A DNA stretch of 63,461 bases, filler included. It is 6 parts of 6 records of this genome, joined end to end, with 100 filler letters (N's around TTAATTAATTAA, not from the genome) between each part and the next. Parts side by side here need not be neighbours in the genome. Positions count along the whole stretch, not along the records: positions 55,084 to 63,461 come from SRR31156797_33610; 5 more parts are not named here. One strand, written 5' to 3'. Within the stretch, counting starts at the first letter, position 1. Every line of letters begins with the position of its first letter. The notes under the pieces were generated by a model. It saw only the letters and a program-made list of their open reading frames with translations, ran no database searches and was not told where the DNA came from. Shown here one piece after another: positions 61,984 through 63,461 of this stretch. A program made the translations under genes and the position numbers.

Positions 61984-62114
61984 TGTGTGTGAAAAATAAG
62001 CTGACGATGGCACACTACCACGCTTGGCTGCGGGCCCTTGAACCCGGAAAATCCGGGTCAGGGCTCCTCGGACAACGCGGGGCATGCACCATCTTCGCTT
62101 ATTTTACACACACA
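61984..62114. repeat. 131-bp imperfect palindrome (MITE/ERIC-like element or structured RNA)
   Basis: Ends TGTGTGTGAAAAATAAGCTGACGATGG and CCATCTTCGCTTATTTTACACACACA; central hairpin GCCCTTGAACCCGGA-AAA-TCCGGGTCAGGGC. Confidence 0.65.
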
Positions 62115-62283
62115 TAATTTTATCCCGCCATTTTCAGAATTATTTTTGCTTACGGGGTTATTTTGCGGCTTGATGTCCACGGGAAAAATATCCCGAGGGT
62201 AATATTCACCCTCTAAAAACTAAATTCCCGATTGTTTCAGGCCGGTAGATTCTTTGTTCGATTAATGCTATAATTGTTACTCT

Positions 62284-62775
62284 ATGGAAACAACTTTTAA
62301 ATTAAACCAGCAGATAGTTTATCCTCTTCAGGGAGTGGGTCAGATCACTTCGATTGAGGAGAAATCTTTCAAAGACAAGCAGCTTCTCTATTATGTGATC
62401 TATCTGCCTGTAACGGATATGACGATTATGGTTCCGGTGGATAAAGCCGAGGAACTCGGGATCCGGGCGATTGTATCAGAAAAGGAATCCAAAGCAGCCC
62501 TTCAGCTGATCAGCGAAGAGTACGAAGCGGTAACCGCCGACTGGAAAATGAGATACCAGATGAACCTGGACCTTCTCAAAAGCGGATCCATTATGGATAT
62601 CGCCGTGGTTGTCCGGACCCTCTATCACCGGTCCAAGGTGAAAGAGCTCCCCATCCTGGAAAGAAAACTTTTCGATGACGCTTTAAAGATCCTGACCGAC
62701 GAAATTTCTTTCTCCCTGGACAAATCGAAGAAAGAGATCGAACAGCTTATTTTCAGCAAACTTGAAACAGACTGA
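62284..62775 (+). CDS. carD: CarD-family transcriptional regulator
   Basis: IVYPLQGVG.I..IEE, MVPV....ELGIR, WK.RY..N...LKSG; followed by ispD. Confidence 0.92.
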   Translation: METTFKLNQQIVYPLQGVGQITSIEEKSFKDKQLLYYVIYLPVTDMTIMVPVDKAEELGIRAIVSEKESKAALQLISEEYEAVTADWKMRYQMNLDLLKSGSIMDIAVVVRTLYHRSKVKELPILERKLFDDALKILTDEISFSLDKSKKEIEQLIFSKLETD

Positions 62776-62782
62776 ACCGGAT

Positions 62783-63461
62783 ATGACCGGAGAGGCCCCT
62801 GAGGAAAATCAGGAACTCCGGCCGGCTATCCTGATAACCGCCGCGGGAAACTCTTCCCGCTTCAGCGGTCAGCATAAAAAACAGTACTTTCCCTTCTACG
62901 GCGAAACCGTTCTGCATCATACCTTCAGACCCTTTGTCAAAATGAATATTTTTGAGTATTTCTGCATCACCATTCCGCCGGGTTTTCAGAAGGAGACGGA
63001 GCACGCCCTGGGCAAAAGGCTGCTCCACACCCTGGGGAATAAACTCGTTATTACCGAAGGGGGGGAAACCCGCCAGGATTCGGTGATGAACGGTCTGAAA
63101 GCCCTGAAACCCTTAAATCCGGATATTGTGCTGATCCATGACGGAGCCCGGCCCAGAATCTCTCCGGACCTGATTCTCTCGGTCTTCAACAAAGCCGCCG
63201 AGTGCGGAGCGGCGGCGCCCATCCTTCCGTCAGTGGATGCCATGAAGACCATTGACTGCAACGGCGTCATTCAGGCACACCTGGACCGGCCCGTGACCGT
63301 CGGGATCCAGACCCCCCAGGGATTCAACTATAAGAACATCATGTCTGCCTATGAGTCGGCTGAAAACGACGGGAACACCTATATCGACAGCTCCGAGATC
63401 TACCACCGTTATGTGGGGGACGTTCACACGGTCCCGGGGGATCCGGAAAATACAAAGATAA
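62783..63461 (+). CDS. ispD: 2-C-methyl-D-erythritol 4-phosphate cytidylyltransferase, truncated at window end
   Basis: Not in the ORF track. Manual translation: ITAAGNSSRF...KKQY...GGETRQDSV.NGL...IHDGARP...QTPQGF...ENTKI. Confidence 0.92.
   Translation, partial: MTGEAPEENQELRPAILITAAGNSSRFSGQHKKQYFPFYGETVLHHTFRPFVKMNIFEYFCITIPPGFQKETEHALGKRLLHTLGNKLVITEGGETRQDSVMNGLKALKPLNPDIVLIHDGARPRISPDLILSVFNKAAECGAAAPILPSVDAMKTIDCNGVIQAHLDRPVTVGIQTPQGFNYKNIMSAYESAENDGNTYIDSSEIYHRYVGDVHTVPGDPENTKI

Noticed and set aside
61984-62114. Firm call as SRP RNA (ffs) or 6S RNA
   Set aside because: Lacks the SRP helix-8 GNRA tetraloop geometry and is shorter than a typical 6S RNA; left as an unassigned palindrome.
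62284-63461. carD-ispD linkage
   Set aside because: Established, widespread synteny.

Overview
The window is not one locus. It joins six unrelated contigs with 100-bp spacers (44 N + TTAATTAATTAA + 44 N). Taxon calls below are inferred from gene content and base composition. (1) 1-5846, very AT-rich, Campylobacterota-like: truncated ArsS-type kinase, OmpR regulator, Spy/CpxP, DUF4405-like protein, orphan TAXI binding protein, second regulator, CHASE-GGDEF. (2) 5947-25056, Bacteroidota: M1 aminopeptidase, MCP, YtrA-type ABC operon, sprA, ruvA, four-helix-bundle gene, thiL. (3) 25157-38635, GC-rich alphaproteobacterium-like: aldehyde:ferredoxin oxidoreductase with Fe-S partner, PhoH, MFS, pbpC, alpha-2-macroglobulin, Fe-ADH. 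(4) 38736-45664, Desulfovibrio-like: dhaKL, two tandem VPLPA/PEP-CTERM paralogs, rbs(C)BKR. (5) 45765-54983, Desulfobacter-like: lactate permease-GlcD-GlcF operon with sigma54-like promoter and three enhancer-like sites, SLC13 remnant, four-SBP sensor kinase. (6) 55084-63461, spirochaete-like: DAHP synthase-prephenate dehydratase fusion, lytic transglycosylase, MFS, AKR, OppA-like, 131-bp palindrome, carD-ispD. The most striking unexplained structure is the four-helix-bundle (23S-IVS/Avd-like) gene. It lies between two mutually inverted heptamer tandem arrays that run exactly from the thiL stop codon to the ruvA start codon, suggesting a self-pairing intervening cassette in an mRNA.
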